From: an uncultured delta proteobacterium
Lineage (GTDB): Bacteria > Desulfobacterota > Desulfobacteria > Desulfobacterales > JAHEIW01
DNA length: 64,000 nucleotides
Direction: 5' to 3'
Assembly (NCBI GenBank): GCA_963706575.1
Contig: CAVPNL010000009.1
Coordinates: 96,001-160,000 of the forward strand
Part shown: in pieces, positions 9,046 through 18,023 of the stretch
Numbering within the stretch: the first letter of the stretch is position 1
Layout of the letters: every line of letters begins with the position of its first letter
Position numbers and translations under genes: made by a program
The notes under the pieces: generated by a model
Told to the model about the DNA's origin: nothing
The model's input: the letters and a program-made list of their open reading frames with translations, nothing else
Database searches by the model: none

Positions 9046-10248
9046 ATGCCTCGCTTTTCCTTTTTTATATCCCATTCCAAAGAACCCGTCACCGCAGACA
9101 GCCGGATATGGCATGAGCCCATACCCCTGCGGCTCGATACCCTGATAAAGCATGATGGGGATGACGACGGGAACTGGGAATCCGTAAGTCACGCAGCTTA
9201 TTTTCAGGCGACCCGGACGTTTCTTGAGGCCAATTCCTTTGAAGTGATCACCCGGGCGGTTTCCCGACAGCTTAATCGTGATGTGAAAGCGCCGGACATC
9301 GAAGAAATCCGTGTTCGACTTGAAAAACACGGTGAATTTTATCATCCCTGCCGAATCGAAACCGTTGTATATCAGCAGCACCTTTCCTTTGTGCTCAATG
9401 TGGCCGTTTCCGAAACCGGCCGGCGCTTCATCGAAACGGAATTTCATCTCTTAAACCGGCTGAATAACGAGCAGTCCCTTCACTATTTACCGCAGCTTTA
9501 CGGATTCGGTCGGACTGCCGGATCGAAAGGGCAAAATTTCGCGATGTTTTTGGGACAATGGTTTGATGGCTACCATGAATTCCATATTTCAATCGATCCG
9601 ATCGATAAAACGCCCAAAATCATGGTGTGGGATGACGCCAGCGGCAGGTTTTTTCTTTCGGACGAGCAGACCCAAACCCTTTATGCTCAAGTTGCAAAAA
9701 TTCTAACCGGTTACTATCATCTGGAGTCTTTTGAACAAATCTTTTCCTGGCACCATGCGGCCGGGGATTTCGTTGTGAAGGTCGAAGATGGAAAGCTGGA
9801 CCTAAGGCTCGTTACGGCCCGTCGATATGGGGCGATCTTCGAAAATCAGAAGAATACCCGGACCCCCCCCGTCGATCCGCAGCAGATATTGCAGGCCCTG
9901 CTGATTTTCTTTTTAAGCCTTTCGATTCACATGCGCCTCGACCGCCTCGACGGGATTGGGGTAATGGTTTGGTCGGACAGCGTTGCTGTTGAAGCCACCT
10001 TAATCGGTTTTTTGGAAGCCCTTTCAATGAAGCCCGATATTCCATCGTTGCCGGATTCGCCGCTGGCCTGCTTTGTTGCTTATCTGGCATCTTGCACTGA
10101 AGGAGACGTGATTGATCTGACAGCGGAGATTGTCAACCGGTTCAATCCGCAAATGCCGGGGCTCTCAGTCATTAATAAAAATATACACCAGCATGCTGAG
10201 ACGCTTCACGCATCCATCCAACAAATTCTATCGATTTCCACCACATAA
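9046..10248 (+). CDS. Hypothetical protein, possibly a degenerate protein-kinase-like fold
   Basis: 400-aa ORF with normal composition; weak kinase-like motif order (see findings). Confidence 0.7.
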   Translation: MPRFSFFISHSKEPVTADSRIWHEPIPLRLDTLIKHDGDDDGNWESVSHAAYFQATRTFLEANSFEVITRAVSRQLNRDVKAPDIEEIRVRLEKHGEFYHPCRIETVVYQQHLSFVLNVAVSETGRRFIETEFHLLNRLNNEQSLHYLPQLYGFGRTAGSKGQNFAMFLGQWFDGYHEFHISIDPIDKTPKIMVWDDASGRFFLSDEQTQTLYAQVAKILTGYYHLESFEQIFSWHHAAGDFVVKVEDGKLDLRLVTARRYGAIFENQKNTRTPPVDPQQILQALLIFFLSLSIHMRLDRLDGIGVMVWSDSVAVEATLIGFLEALSMKPDIPSLPDSPLACFVAYLASCTEGDVIDLTAEIVNRFNPQMPGLSVINKNIHQHAETLHASIQQILSISTT

Positions 10249-10342
10249 TGGGCTCTTTTTCTCGCCAGCCGCTAGATAAAGTGTTATCTGAATATTGGAA
10301 TTTATTTTAAGGACCTTAACCTCTTGTAACGATTCTTTTTTA

Positions 10343-10371
10343 TTGACAAGTTTAAAGATTAATTCTATATC
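10343..10371 (+). promoter_or_regulatory. Putative sigma70 promoter of the dsrABD operon
   Basis: TTGACA-17 nt-TATATC in an AT-rich region about 155 nt upstream of dsrA. Confidence 0.5.
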
Positions 10372-10525
10372 AAATCTTTTGATAATTTAGAAAATCATAA
10401 TCGATAATATTTATAATAAAATCAGGAAAAAACAGATCGAGAGGAGGTGACTTCCGGCAAATCCCTGGAGGGGAAGATGATTTTTATAGTTGAAGCGAAA
10501 TTACTAACAAATATGGAGGTAAATA

Positions 10526-11839
10526 ATGGCAAAACATAAAACCCCGTTGTTGGACCAGCTTGAAAGCGGGCCGTGGCCGAGCTTTGTTTCGGATTTGAAA
10601 CAACAGGCCGAAGTCAGGGCAAAAAACAAGGAGAAAGTCGAGTTTCAGATTCCTGTGGACGTTGTTGAAGATCTTTTGGGCATAATGGAGCTTTCTTTCA
10701 AACACGGCAGAACCCATTGGAAACACGGTGGAATCGTTGGCGTGTTCGGCTATGGCGGTGGTGTTATCGGTCGCTATTGCGATCAGCCTCAAGCGTTTCC
10801 GGGTGTGGCACACTTCCATACCATGCGTGTCAATCAGCCGGGCGGCAAATTTTATACCGCCGAATATTTACGACAGCTCTGTGATCTTTGGGATTTCCGC
10901 GGCAGCGGTATCACCAACATGCACGGCTCTACCGGCGACATTATTTTTCTGGGTACCACCACCCCCCAGCTGGAAGAAATCTTCTATGAGATGACTCACA
11001 AATTCAACCAGGACCTGGGCGGCTCGGGTTCCAACCTGCGGACACCCTCGGACTGCATCGGTCAGGCACGTTGCGAATACGCCTGCTACGACACCCAGGC
11101 CCTCTGCTATCATCTGACCCAGGAATATCAGGATGAGCTGCACCGGCCGGCATTTCCCTATAAGTTCAAATTTAAATTTGACGGTTGTCCCAACTGCTGT
11201 GTGGCTTCGATCGCCCGAGCGGACATGTCCTATATCGGCACCTGGAGAGATGACATCCGTATTGATGAGGAAGCGGTCCAGGCTTACATCGGCGGCGAGA
11301 TTGCGCCCAATGCCGGCGACCACAGCGGTCGCGACTGGGGCGCATTCGACATCCAGAAAGAAGTCATTGATCTTTGCCCCACTGAATGCATGTGGATGGA
11401 AGGCGGTAAGCTCATGATCGATAACAAGGAGTGCAACCGCTGCATGCACTGTATCAACGTTATGCCCAGGGCGCTGCGAATTGGAAAAGATACCGGCCTT
11501 TCCATTCTGGTCGGTGCCAAGGCCCCGATTCTCGATGGTGCCCAGATGAGTTCCATGCTGGTTCCCTTTGTCAAAGCCGAGGAACCTTACGACGAGATCA
11601 AGGAAGTCATTGAGGCGATCTGGGATTGGTGGATGGAAGAAGGCAAGAACCGCGAGCGGCTCGGCGAGCTGATGAAACGCCAGGGCTTCCAGAGACTGCT
11701 GGAGGCCACCGGCATTCAGCCCGATCCGCGCATGGTTCAGGAGCCACGATCCAACCCCTACATTTTCTGGAAAGAAGATGAAGTTGAGGGCGGATTCAAA
11801 CGAGATATCAACGAATTTAGAAAATATCATCAGAGATAG
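10526..11839 (+). CDS. dsrA: Dissimilatory sulfite reductase alpha subunit
   Basis: MAKHKTPLLDQLESGPWPSFV, THWKHGGIVGVFGYGGGVIGRY, siroheme-[4Fe-4S] CIGQARC...GCPNCC and ferredoxin-like CNRCMHC. Confidence 0.99.
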   Translation: MAKHKTPLLDQLESGPWPSFVSDLKQQAEVRAKNKEKVEFQIPVDVVEDLLGIMELSFKHGRTHWKHGGIVGVFGYGGGVIGRYCDQPQAFPGVAHFHTMRVNQPGGKFYTAEYLRQLCDLWDFRGSGITNMHGSTGDIIFLGTTTPQLEEIFYEMTHKFNQDLGGSGSNLRTPSDCIGQARCEYACYDTQALCYHLTQEYQDELHRPAFPYKFKFKFDGCPNCCVASIARADMSYIGTWRDDIRIDEEAVQAYIGGEIAPNAGDHSGRDWGAFDIQKEVIDLCPTECMWMEGGKLMIDNKECNRCMHCINVMPRALRIGKDTGLSILVGAKAPILDGAQMSSMLVPFVKAEEPYDEIKEVIEAIWDWWMEEGKNRERLGELMKRQGFQRLLEATGIQPDPRMVQEPRSNPYIFWKEDEVEGGFKRDINEFRKYHQR

Positions 11840-11851
11840 GGGGATAAGACC

Positions 11852-12997
11852 ATGGCATTTGTATCATCAGGTTACAATCCTGACAAACCGATGGAAGATC
11901 GGATTTCAGATATCGGTCCTAAAAAATACGACGAATTTTATCCGCCGGTGATTGCCAAAAACAAGGGCAAGTGGCTGTATCATGACGTTCTCAAACCCGG
12001 CGTTCTGGTGCATGTTGCCGAGTCCGGCGACAAAGTATGGACGGTGCGCTGTGGTGGCGCGCGTCTCATGAGCACCACCCACATCCGGGAAATCTGCGAC
12101 ATTGCGGAAAAGCACTGCGGCGGCCACTTGCGGTTTACCACCCGTAACAACATCGAGTTTATGGTCGACGACGAGAAGAAAGTCGATCCGCTGATCAAAG
12201 ATCTTGAAAGTCGCAAGTTTGACGGCGGCAGTTTCAAGTTCCCGGTGGGTGGAACCGGCACCGCCATTACCAACATCGTGCACACCCAGGGCTGGCTCCA
12301 TTGTCACACACCGGCCACCGATGCCTCCGGGCCCGTCAAGGCCACCATGGACGTGCTCTTTGATTACTTTAAAGAGCACAAATTGCCGGCCAAGCTGCGC
12401 GTATCTCTGGCCTGCTGCCTGAACATGTGCGGTGCGGTCCATTGTTCCGATATCGCCATTTTGGGCTACCATCGCAAACCGCCGTTACTGGACCACGAAT
12501 ATCTGGATAAGATGTGCGAGATCCCGCTGGCCATCGCGGCCTGCCCGACGGCAGCCATCAAGCCGGCCAAGATTGAGGTCGGAGGCGAAAAGGTTAACAG
12601 TGTGGCCGTCAATGAACCCCGCTGTATGTTCTGCGGCAACTGTTACACCATGTGCCCCTCCATGCCGCTGGCCGACACAGAAGGTGACGGCATCGTCATC
12701 ATGGCCGGGGGCAAGGTGTCCAACCGCATCAGCGCACCGAAGTTTTCCAAGGTCGTCGTGGCGTTTATTCCGAATGAGCCGCCGCGCTGGCCCAAAACAA
12801 CGGATACCATCAAACAGATCGTGCAGGCCTATGAGAAAGGCGCCAATAAATACGAGCGTCTGGGTGAATGGGCCGAACGTATCGGATGGGAACGATTCTT
12901 TGAGAAATGTGAACTGGAATTTACCCACCATCTGATCGATGATTTCCGTGATCCGGCCTACTTCACATGGCGCCAGACCACGCAATTTAAGTTTTAA
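11852..12997 (+). CDS. dsrB: Dissimilatory sulfite reductase beta subunit
   Basis: [48 protein letters not shown] and C-terminal WRQTTQFKF. Confidence 0.99.
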   Translation: MAFVSSGYNPDKPMEDRISDIGPKKYDEFYPPVIAKNKGKWLYHDVLKPGVLVHVAESGDKVWTVRCGGARLMSTTHIREICDIAEKHCGGHLRFTTRNNIEFMVDDEKKVDPLIKDLESRKFDGGSFKFPVGGTGTAITNIVHTQGWLHCHTPATDASGPVKATMDVLFDYFKEHKLPAKLRVSLACCLNMCGAVHCSDIAILGYHRKPPLLDHEYLDKMCEIPLAIAACPTAAIKPAKIEVGGEKVNSVAVNEPRCMFCGNCYTMCPSMPLADTEGDGIVIMAGGKVSNRISAPKFSKVVVAFIPNEPPRWPKTTDTIKQIVQAYEKGANKYERLGEWAERIGWERFFEKCELEFTHHLIDDFRDPAYFTWRQTTQFKF

Positions 12998-13012
12998 GCG
13001 CTGAATCAAACC

Positions 13013-13050
13013 TGCAGGGGGTATGCCCCAAGGGGTGCCCCCTGCATTTT
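13013..13050 (+). terminator. GC-rich hairpin plus U4 between dsrB and dsrD (weak terminator or mRNA stabiliser)
   Basis: TGCAGGGGGTATGCCCC-AA-GGGGTGCCCCCTGCA-TTTT. Confidence 0.5.
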
Positions 13051-13067
13051 GCTGAAAAGAGGGAATT

Positions 13068-13313
13068 ATGGCTCTGGAATACGAGGAATCAAAAGAGAAA
13101 CTAGTAGCAGCATTGCAAAAGAAATTAAAAACCAAGTCCAAATTTTATTTTAATGACCTGGCCAAAATTTTGGAGGCCAAACCGCGTGAGGCCAAGAAGG
13201 TAATTAACCAGATGGTGCAGGAAGAGATTCTGGAATACTGGTCCAGCGGCAGTACGTCATTATACGGACTCAAAGGCACCGGCAAACAGGCACACGCTGA
13301 AGACGAAGACTAG
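13068..13313 (+). CDS. dsrD: Dissimilatory sulfite reductase D protein
   Basis: KSKFYFNDL...EYWSSGSTSLYGLKG signature, directly after dsrB. Confidence 0.95.
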   Translation: MALEYEESKEKLVAALQKKLKTKSKFYFNDLAKILEAKPREAKKVINQMVQEEILEYWSSGSTSLYGLKGTGKQAHAEDED

Positions 13314-13356
13314 GCGGTTTTAATTTGCCGAAGGCCGGATTAATTTTTTTTGATTT

Positions 13357-14871
13357 TTGAACACCATTTCAAAACAGCCGGATAGTGCGGGTTTTTCCCG
13401 TATCATGATTGCCGCTTTACGCGGAGGTTCCGGTAAGACCATACTTTCCACCGGATTGATTGCCGCGTGGAAAAAATGCAATAAGTCCATCGCACCGTTT
13501 AAAAAAGGTCCGGATTATATCGATACGGGCTGGTTGGCCCTGGCGGCCGGCCGGCCCTGTTATAATCTGGACACCTTCCTTTTAGAGACGCCTCAAATTT
13601 TACAGTCCTTTATCGCGCACACCCACCAAGATGATATTGCCGTTATCGAGGGCAACCGCGGGCTTTATGACGCTATCGATCTGGCCGGCAGCACCAGTAC
13701 GGCCGAGCTGGCCAAATTGCTGAAGACCCCGGTATTGCTGTGTGTGGATTGCACCAAGATTACGCGCACGATGGCGGCGGTCATTTCCGGCTTAATTCAG
13801 TTTGATCCGGATGTGATGATTAAAGGGGTCGTGCTCAACCGGGTGGCGGGTTCGCGCCACGAACGCATCCTGCGCGATAACATCGAACACTATTGCGGGA
13901 TCCCGGTCCTGGGGGCCATACCGAAACTGAGAACCCAGATTTTTCCGGAGCGCCACATGGGCCTGGTGCCCACCCCCGAACATGACTGGGCCGGTGAATC
14001 CATTGATACGGCTGCACAGGTTGCCACCGAGCACATCGATTTAGACACGATTTATGAAATCATCCAGGATCTGCCGCCGCTCGAGGCGAAAGAGGACGGA
14101 GGGCAGAGGACAGAGATCAGAGGTCAGCCTGCGACGAGCTCAGCCGAGTCGAAGACAGAAGACAGAAGACAGAAAACAGACGGTCACATTAAAAAGGCCG
14201 ACAGAATTTCAATCGAGGATTTTCCACCCTGCATCGGTATTATAAAGGATTCTGCCTTTCAGTTTTATTATCCGGAAAACATTGATGCCCTTAAAGTGGC
14301 CGGTGCGGAAATCGTTTTTATCAGCCCTTTGGCGCAAAATCATTTGCCGGCACTGGATGCGCTGTACATCGGAGGTGGATTTCCGGAAACGCATGCGCAA
14401 GAACTGGCGCAGAATGAAAGTTTCCGAAAAGAGCTGAAGGCCATGGCCGAAGACGGCCTGCCGATTTACGCGGAATGCGGCGGACTGATGTATCTGGGTG
14501 AAGAACTGGTACTGGAAAAAAAGGCATATCCCATGGTTGGGGTATTGCCGCTGACCTTTGATTTTTATTCCCGGCCCCAGGGGCACGGGTATACGGTTGT
14601 GACCGTCGAAAACGAGAATCCTTTTTATGAAGTCGGTGCTGAGATCCGGGGGCACGAGTTTCACTATTCCCGGGTGCTGCAATGGAGCGGTGATGAAAAG
14701 GATCTGATCTTCCGCATGCAAAGGGGCGTCGGAATTACCAAAGACAAAGACGGCCTCTGTTACAAAAACGTGCTGGCCACTTACACCCACATCCACGCCC
14801 TGGGTACCCCGCATTGGGCGCGGGCAATGGTTCGGAATGCAATTGCCTATCAAAAGAAAAAAGCGCAATGA
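13357..14871 (+). CDS. dsrN: Cobyrinate a,c-diamide synthase family protein / siroheme amidase
   Basis: GGSGKT, FKKGPDYID, IEGNRGLYD, FPERHMGL, AFQFYYPEN, YAECGGLMYL and GHEFHYS; follows dsrD; carries a repeat-derived linker insertion. Confidence 0.9.
   Translation: MNTISKQPDSAGFSRIMIAALRGGSGKTILSTGLIAAWKKCNKSIAPFKKGPDYIDTGWLALAAGRPCYNLDTFLLETPQILQSFIAHTHQDDIAVIEGNRGLYDAIDLAGSTSTAELAKLLKTPVLLCVDCTKITRTMAAVISGLIQFDPDVMIKGVVLNRVAGSRHERILRDNIEHYCGIPVLGAIPKLRTQIFPERHMGLVPTPEHDWAGESIDTAAQVATEHIDLDTIYEIIQDLPPLEAKEDGGQRTEIRGQPATSSAESKTEDRRQKTDGHIKKADRISIEDFPPCIGIIKDSAFQFYYPENIDALKVAGAEIVFISPLAQNHLPALDALYIGGGFPETHAQELAQNESFRKELKAMAEDGLPIYAECGGLMYLGEELVLEKKAYPMVGVLPLTFDFYSRPQGHGYTVVTVENENPFYEVGAEIRGHEFHYSRVLQWSGDEKDLIFRMQRGVGITKDKDGLCYKNVLATYTHIHALGTPHWARAMVRNAIAYQKKKAQ
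14093..14179 (+). repeat. Nine heptamers (AxxxCAG) plus a 24-nt insert, in frame within dsrN
   Basis: aggacgg agggcag aggacag agatcag aggtcag [cctgcgacgagctcagccgagtcg] aagacag aagacag aagacag aaaacag. Confidence 0.85.
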
Positions 14872-14881
14872 AGCAGCGGTG

Positions 14882-15694
14882 ATGGATATTGATGGGATTC
14901 GAAACGCGCTTCTTGAAAATGTGGCTTCATCGCCTGCCCGCTTAACGCCGCAGCATCTTGCAAAAACCATCTTAGAAACATACCGCCTCGATAAAACCCG
15001 CGCCAAAGCCGTGCTAAAAGGCTTAGTTGCCCGGGGCCAACTGGAATACACCTATGAGTTCGGCAGCACCTATCTGGTGAGATCTTTCAACGAACCGGTT
15101 CGCATTTCGGACCATGTGGTCGTCAGGCCGCCGGGGCGCCGATATCAGCCCGCACCCGATGAGGTGGTTATTCAAATTAAACCCGGGGCCGCTTTCGGCG
15201 ACGGCCGGCATCCGACCACACGACTTTCGGTTAAAGCCATTGAATTTCTGCTGAAAAAAGTGCGCCCGGACTGGCTGAATGCAAATGGCTCTGTGCTGGA
15301 CATCGGAACCGGGTCGGGTATTCTGGCGATTGCTGCCGTATGCATGGGGGTTAATAAGGGACTGGCGATTGATTTTGATTCCTGTGCCATTGCAGAGGCC
15401 ACAGAAAATATTGCACTCAATCATCTGGAGGGTCAGCTGGTCGTATCTGACCGCCAGTTGGATACCCTGCATCGGTCATTTTCAATGGTCATTGCCAACT
15501 TGCGCTATCCGAGCCTGAAAAATATTTATCCCCAAATTACAAAGCGAACCGATACCTGCGGCGGGGTGGTATTATCCGGTTTCCGCCTTCATGAACGGAG
15601 TGATTTGATGGATCTTTATACCGCCAAACACTTTGAATGTATCTGGACCGCCGATGAACTCGAGTGGGAGGCAGTTGTATTGAAAAAGATATAA
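14882..15694 (+). CDS. PrmA-like SAM-dependent methyltransferase with an atypical N-terminal domain
   Basis: PGAAFGDGRHPTTRL, VLDIGTGSGILAIAA, VIANL and VLSG; start uncertain (14837, 14879 or 14882). Confidence 0.8.
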   Translation: MDIDGIRNALLENVASSPARLTPQHLAKTILETYRLDKTRAKAVLKGLVARGQLEYTYEFGSTYLVRSFNEPVRISDHVVVRPPGRRYQPAPDEVVIQIKPGAAFGDGRHPTTRLSVKAIEFLLKKVRPDWLNANGSVLDIGTGSGILAIAAVCMGVNKGLAIDFDSCAIAEATENIALNHLEGQLVVSDRQLDTLHRSFSMVIANLRYPSLKNIYPQITKRTDTCGGVVLSGFRLHERSDLMDLYTAKHFECIWTADELEWEAVVLKKI

Positions 15695-15763
15695 ACAGTT
15701 AGGAGAGGTGATATTCTCAGATAAAAACAAATTAAGGAACTACCAACAAAGTGCTTTGTTTTT

Positions 15764-15800
15764 AAAAAAAGGCCGGCATATGGGAAATGCCGGCCTTTTT
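15764..15800. terminator. Bidirectional intrinsic terminator
   Basis: AAAAAAAGGCCGGCAT-atgggaa-ATGCCGGCCTTTTT between convergent genes. Confidence 0.8.
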
Positions 15801-15823
15801 ATGATTCGATCTGCTATTCTTCC

Positions 15824-16309
15824 TTATTCGTCTTTTGAACCCGGATGGCACTTGGCACAGGTTGTCGGCGCTTTTTTGGGCTTATATTTTTTGTTGAACT
15901 TTTTGTGACACCCCTTGCAGTTTTCATGCAGCGCTTCGGCATGATAATCTTTTATTTTTTCTTTTTTAGAAAGTTTTTTCTTGGCTTTCTTACCCTTGGG
16001 GGCTTCAGCCGCTATTTTGTGACACTCGATACACTTTTGAACATCGTCGCCTTCTTTCAGGTTGGAAAGCGGCTTGTTGTCTTTGTCATGGTGACAGTCT
16101 CCGCAGCCGTTTTTGTAGAGATCCGGATAGGCTTTGGCGTATTCTTTCTGGTGTTTTCCATGGCTAAACTCCACGACCCCTTTTTTGTGCTCCTTATAGG
16201 CCGGGTCCTCCAATTTGATTACATCCGGAGCTGTTTTAGCATAAATTCCGGCAGCAACAAACAGGGCAGCACAGCTTACAACAATCAAAACCAGCAGCTT
16301 TTTATTCAT
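15824..16309 (-). CDS. Tetrahaem cytochrome c3 (class III)
   Basis: Sec-type signal peptide; VEFSHGKH; four CxxCH motifs (CGDCHH, CIECH, CKGCH, CAKCH); Lys-rich. Confidence 0.92.
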   Translation of the reverse strand: MNKKLLVLIVVSCAALFVAAGIYAKTAPDVIKLEDPAYKEHKKGVVEFSHGKHQKEYAKAYPDLYKNGCGDCHHDKDNKPLSNLKEGDDVQKCIECHKIAAEAPKGKKAKKKLSKKEKIKDYHAEALHENCKGCHKKFNKKYKPKKAPTTCAKCHPGSKDE

Positions 16310-16629
16310 GGCTTTTTATCCCCCTCCTTTGCTCATCAATTTTCCTTTATCCATTATCCATTCTTTCCAAGCTTAGCCTGATTCCTTATCAGCCCAAAAT
16401 CATTCTGTCAATCACAAACATAGTTCCAATAAAAAGTATAACATTTTGAAATAATGTAATAAATATTTATCGGTCAAAGCTGAATTTCAGAAATTAAATG
16501 GTTGAAACGGGATTTTCCACCGATCGGGTAAAAAAGACGTTTTATTGCTGAAAAAAGACGACAAATTATTCAAAAGATATTGTTTCAGGCGGGGTTTTCA
16601 AGAGGATCATGAATCCGGCTGCCTGGAAT

Positions 16630-17400
16630 CTAAGATGCACGCTGCTCGGCTTTGTCTTCCTCGGCCTCTGGCGCCGGCTTTTTTTTGCCGAAAAGCCGGG
16701 CACCGATAATGCTGAGCTCATACATAAGTATCAGCGGAACGGCCATCATGACCTGGGTGACTACATCCGGCGGGGTTAGGATGGCGGCGCCGGCAAAAAA
16801 TAGCAACAGCGCATATTTGCGGTTACGTTTGAGGAAGTCTACCGAAACAATTCCCAGGCGTGCCAGAAAGGTTAAAACCATCGGAAGCTCAAATACCAGC
16901 CCGAAGGCCAATAACAGCTTGGCCGAAAAAGCCAGATACTCTTTCATGGAGGGAAGGGGCCGGATGGATTCGGTGGCGAACCCCAAGAAAAATTTAAAGC
17001 CCCAGGGAAACACAATAAAATACCCGAAAAGGGCGCCGGCAATGAAAAAGAACGAGGAGAGGATAACCACCGGGGCCATCAGGCGGCGTTCTTTTTGGTA
17101 TAAGCCCGGCGCGACAAACATCCAGAATTGATACAGGAGGACCGGACTGGCCAGCATCAAGCCGGCTAGCAGCGACACTTTCAGGTAAGTGAAAAATGCT
17201 TCAGGCAGACCGGTGAAGATCAGATGATCGCCGTGTTCCATCACTTTTACCAGCGGCCGGACCAGGATATTAAACAGAATCTCTTTGAAAGCGTAAGACG
17301 CGGCGAAACCGACGCCGACCGCAATAAAGCATTTGATCAACCGGCTTCTGAGCTCTTCGAGATGAGACGTAAACGGTATTTTTTCTTCCTCAGCGATCAT
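16630..17400 (-). CDS. tatC: Twin-arginine translocase subunit TatC
   Basis: HLEELRSRL, YQFWMFVAPGL, FGLVFELP and AILTPPD. Confidence 0.96.
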   Translation of the reverse strand: MIAEEEKIPFTSHLEELRSRLIKCFIAVGVGFAASYAFKEILFNILVRPLVKVMEHGDHLIFTGLPEAFFTYLKVSLLAGLMLASPVLLYQFWMFVAPGLYQKERRLMAPVVILSSFFFIAGALFGYFIVFPWGFKFFLGFATESIRPLPSMKEYLAFSAKLLLAFGLVFELPMVLTFLARLGIVSVDFLKRNRKYALLLFFAGAAILTPPDVVTQVMMAVPLILMYELSIIGARLFGKKKPAPEAEEDKAEQRAS

Positions 17401-17428
17401 CTTTTCCGGATCCCTGGTGCGGTCGTTC

Positions 17429-17836
17429 TTATTTTTCTGATGCGGTGCGGTCGGTGGCGTTTAATTCATCAAAGGCTTGTTTTACATTTTCCAGTTTGCC
17501 CTCTTTATCCGCTTTAACAGCCCCTTCGGCGTCTTTGCCATTCTGATCAACGTCTCCCCCGTCAGATTTGGACTCATCGGGACGTTTAAACTCAGCGGTT
17601 TCTTTTTTCAGGCTTACGGAGTCTTTGATATCTTCACCCAGACCATCGAAGGCTTTTTTTACATCAGACAGATCCTCATCAATCTGGATGGTTTCTTTAA
17701 ATTCATTGGTTGCTTTTTTAAATTCCCGCATTGCGCGGCCCAGTGATTTGGCCAGATCCGGCAGTTTTTTGGGACCGATTACAATCAGTGCGATTGCCAG
17801 TAACAATAGCAATTCGGGCATGCCGATGCCGAACAT
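17429..17836 (-). CDS. tatB: Twin-arginine translocase TatA/TatB family subunit (TatB-like)
   Basis: MFGIGMPELLLLLAIALIVIGPKKLPDLAKSLGRAMREFK; lies upstream of tatC. Confidence 0.85.
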   Translation of the reverse strand: MFGIGMPELLLLLAIALIVIGPKKLPDLAKSLGRAMREFKKATNEFKETIQIDEDLSDVKKAFDGLGEDIKDSVSLKKETAEFKRPDESKSDGGDVDQNGKDAEGAVKADKEGKLENVKQAFDELNATDRTASEK

Positions 17837-17957
17837 TTTTCACCTCTGGTGATCTATTTAATATCTTTTAAAAGGCTGTCTAGTACTGGTTTCGGGCACA
17901 AGTGTCAAGGATAACCGGTTCTTCAAAAGGGTGTATCAAACTCCCGCTAAGATTTTT

Positions 17958-18008
17958 AAACCCGAAATCCGAAACCCGAATTTCGGAACAATTTCAAAAT
18001 TCAAACTC
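17958..18008. repeat. Heptamer array AAACCCG/AAATCCG
   Basis: aaacccg aaatccg aaacccg aatttcg ... Confidence 0.6.
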
Positions 18009-18023
18009 TGATAGTCGTATAAA

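Noticed and set aside
10250..10525. Rex operator upstream of dsrA
   Set aside because: No convincing TTGTGAA-N4-TTCACAA-like palindrome seen
10868..13141. Long antisense ORFs over dsrA/dsrB (320, 188 and 218 aa)
   Set aside because: Shadow frames of strongly codon-biased genes, with no recognisable motifs
14209..15472. Antisense ORFs (280 and 149 aa) over dsrN and the PrmA-like gene
   Set aside because: They fully overlap well-supported plus-strand genes and show no domain signal
16467..16495. Possible sigma28 promoter upstream of cytochrome c3 (ACCGATAA on the minus strand)
   Set aside because: No TAAA at the 15-nt spacing
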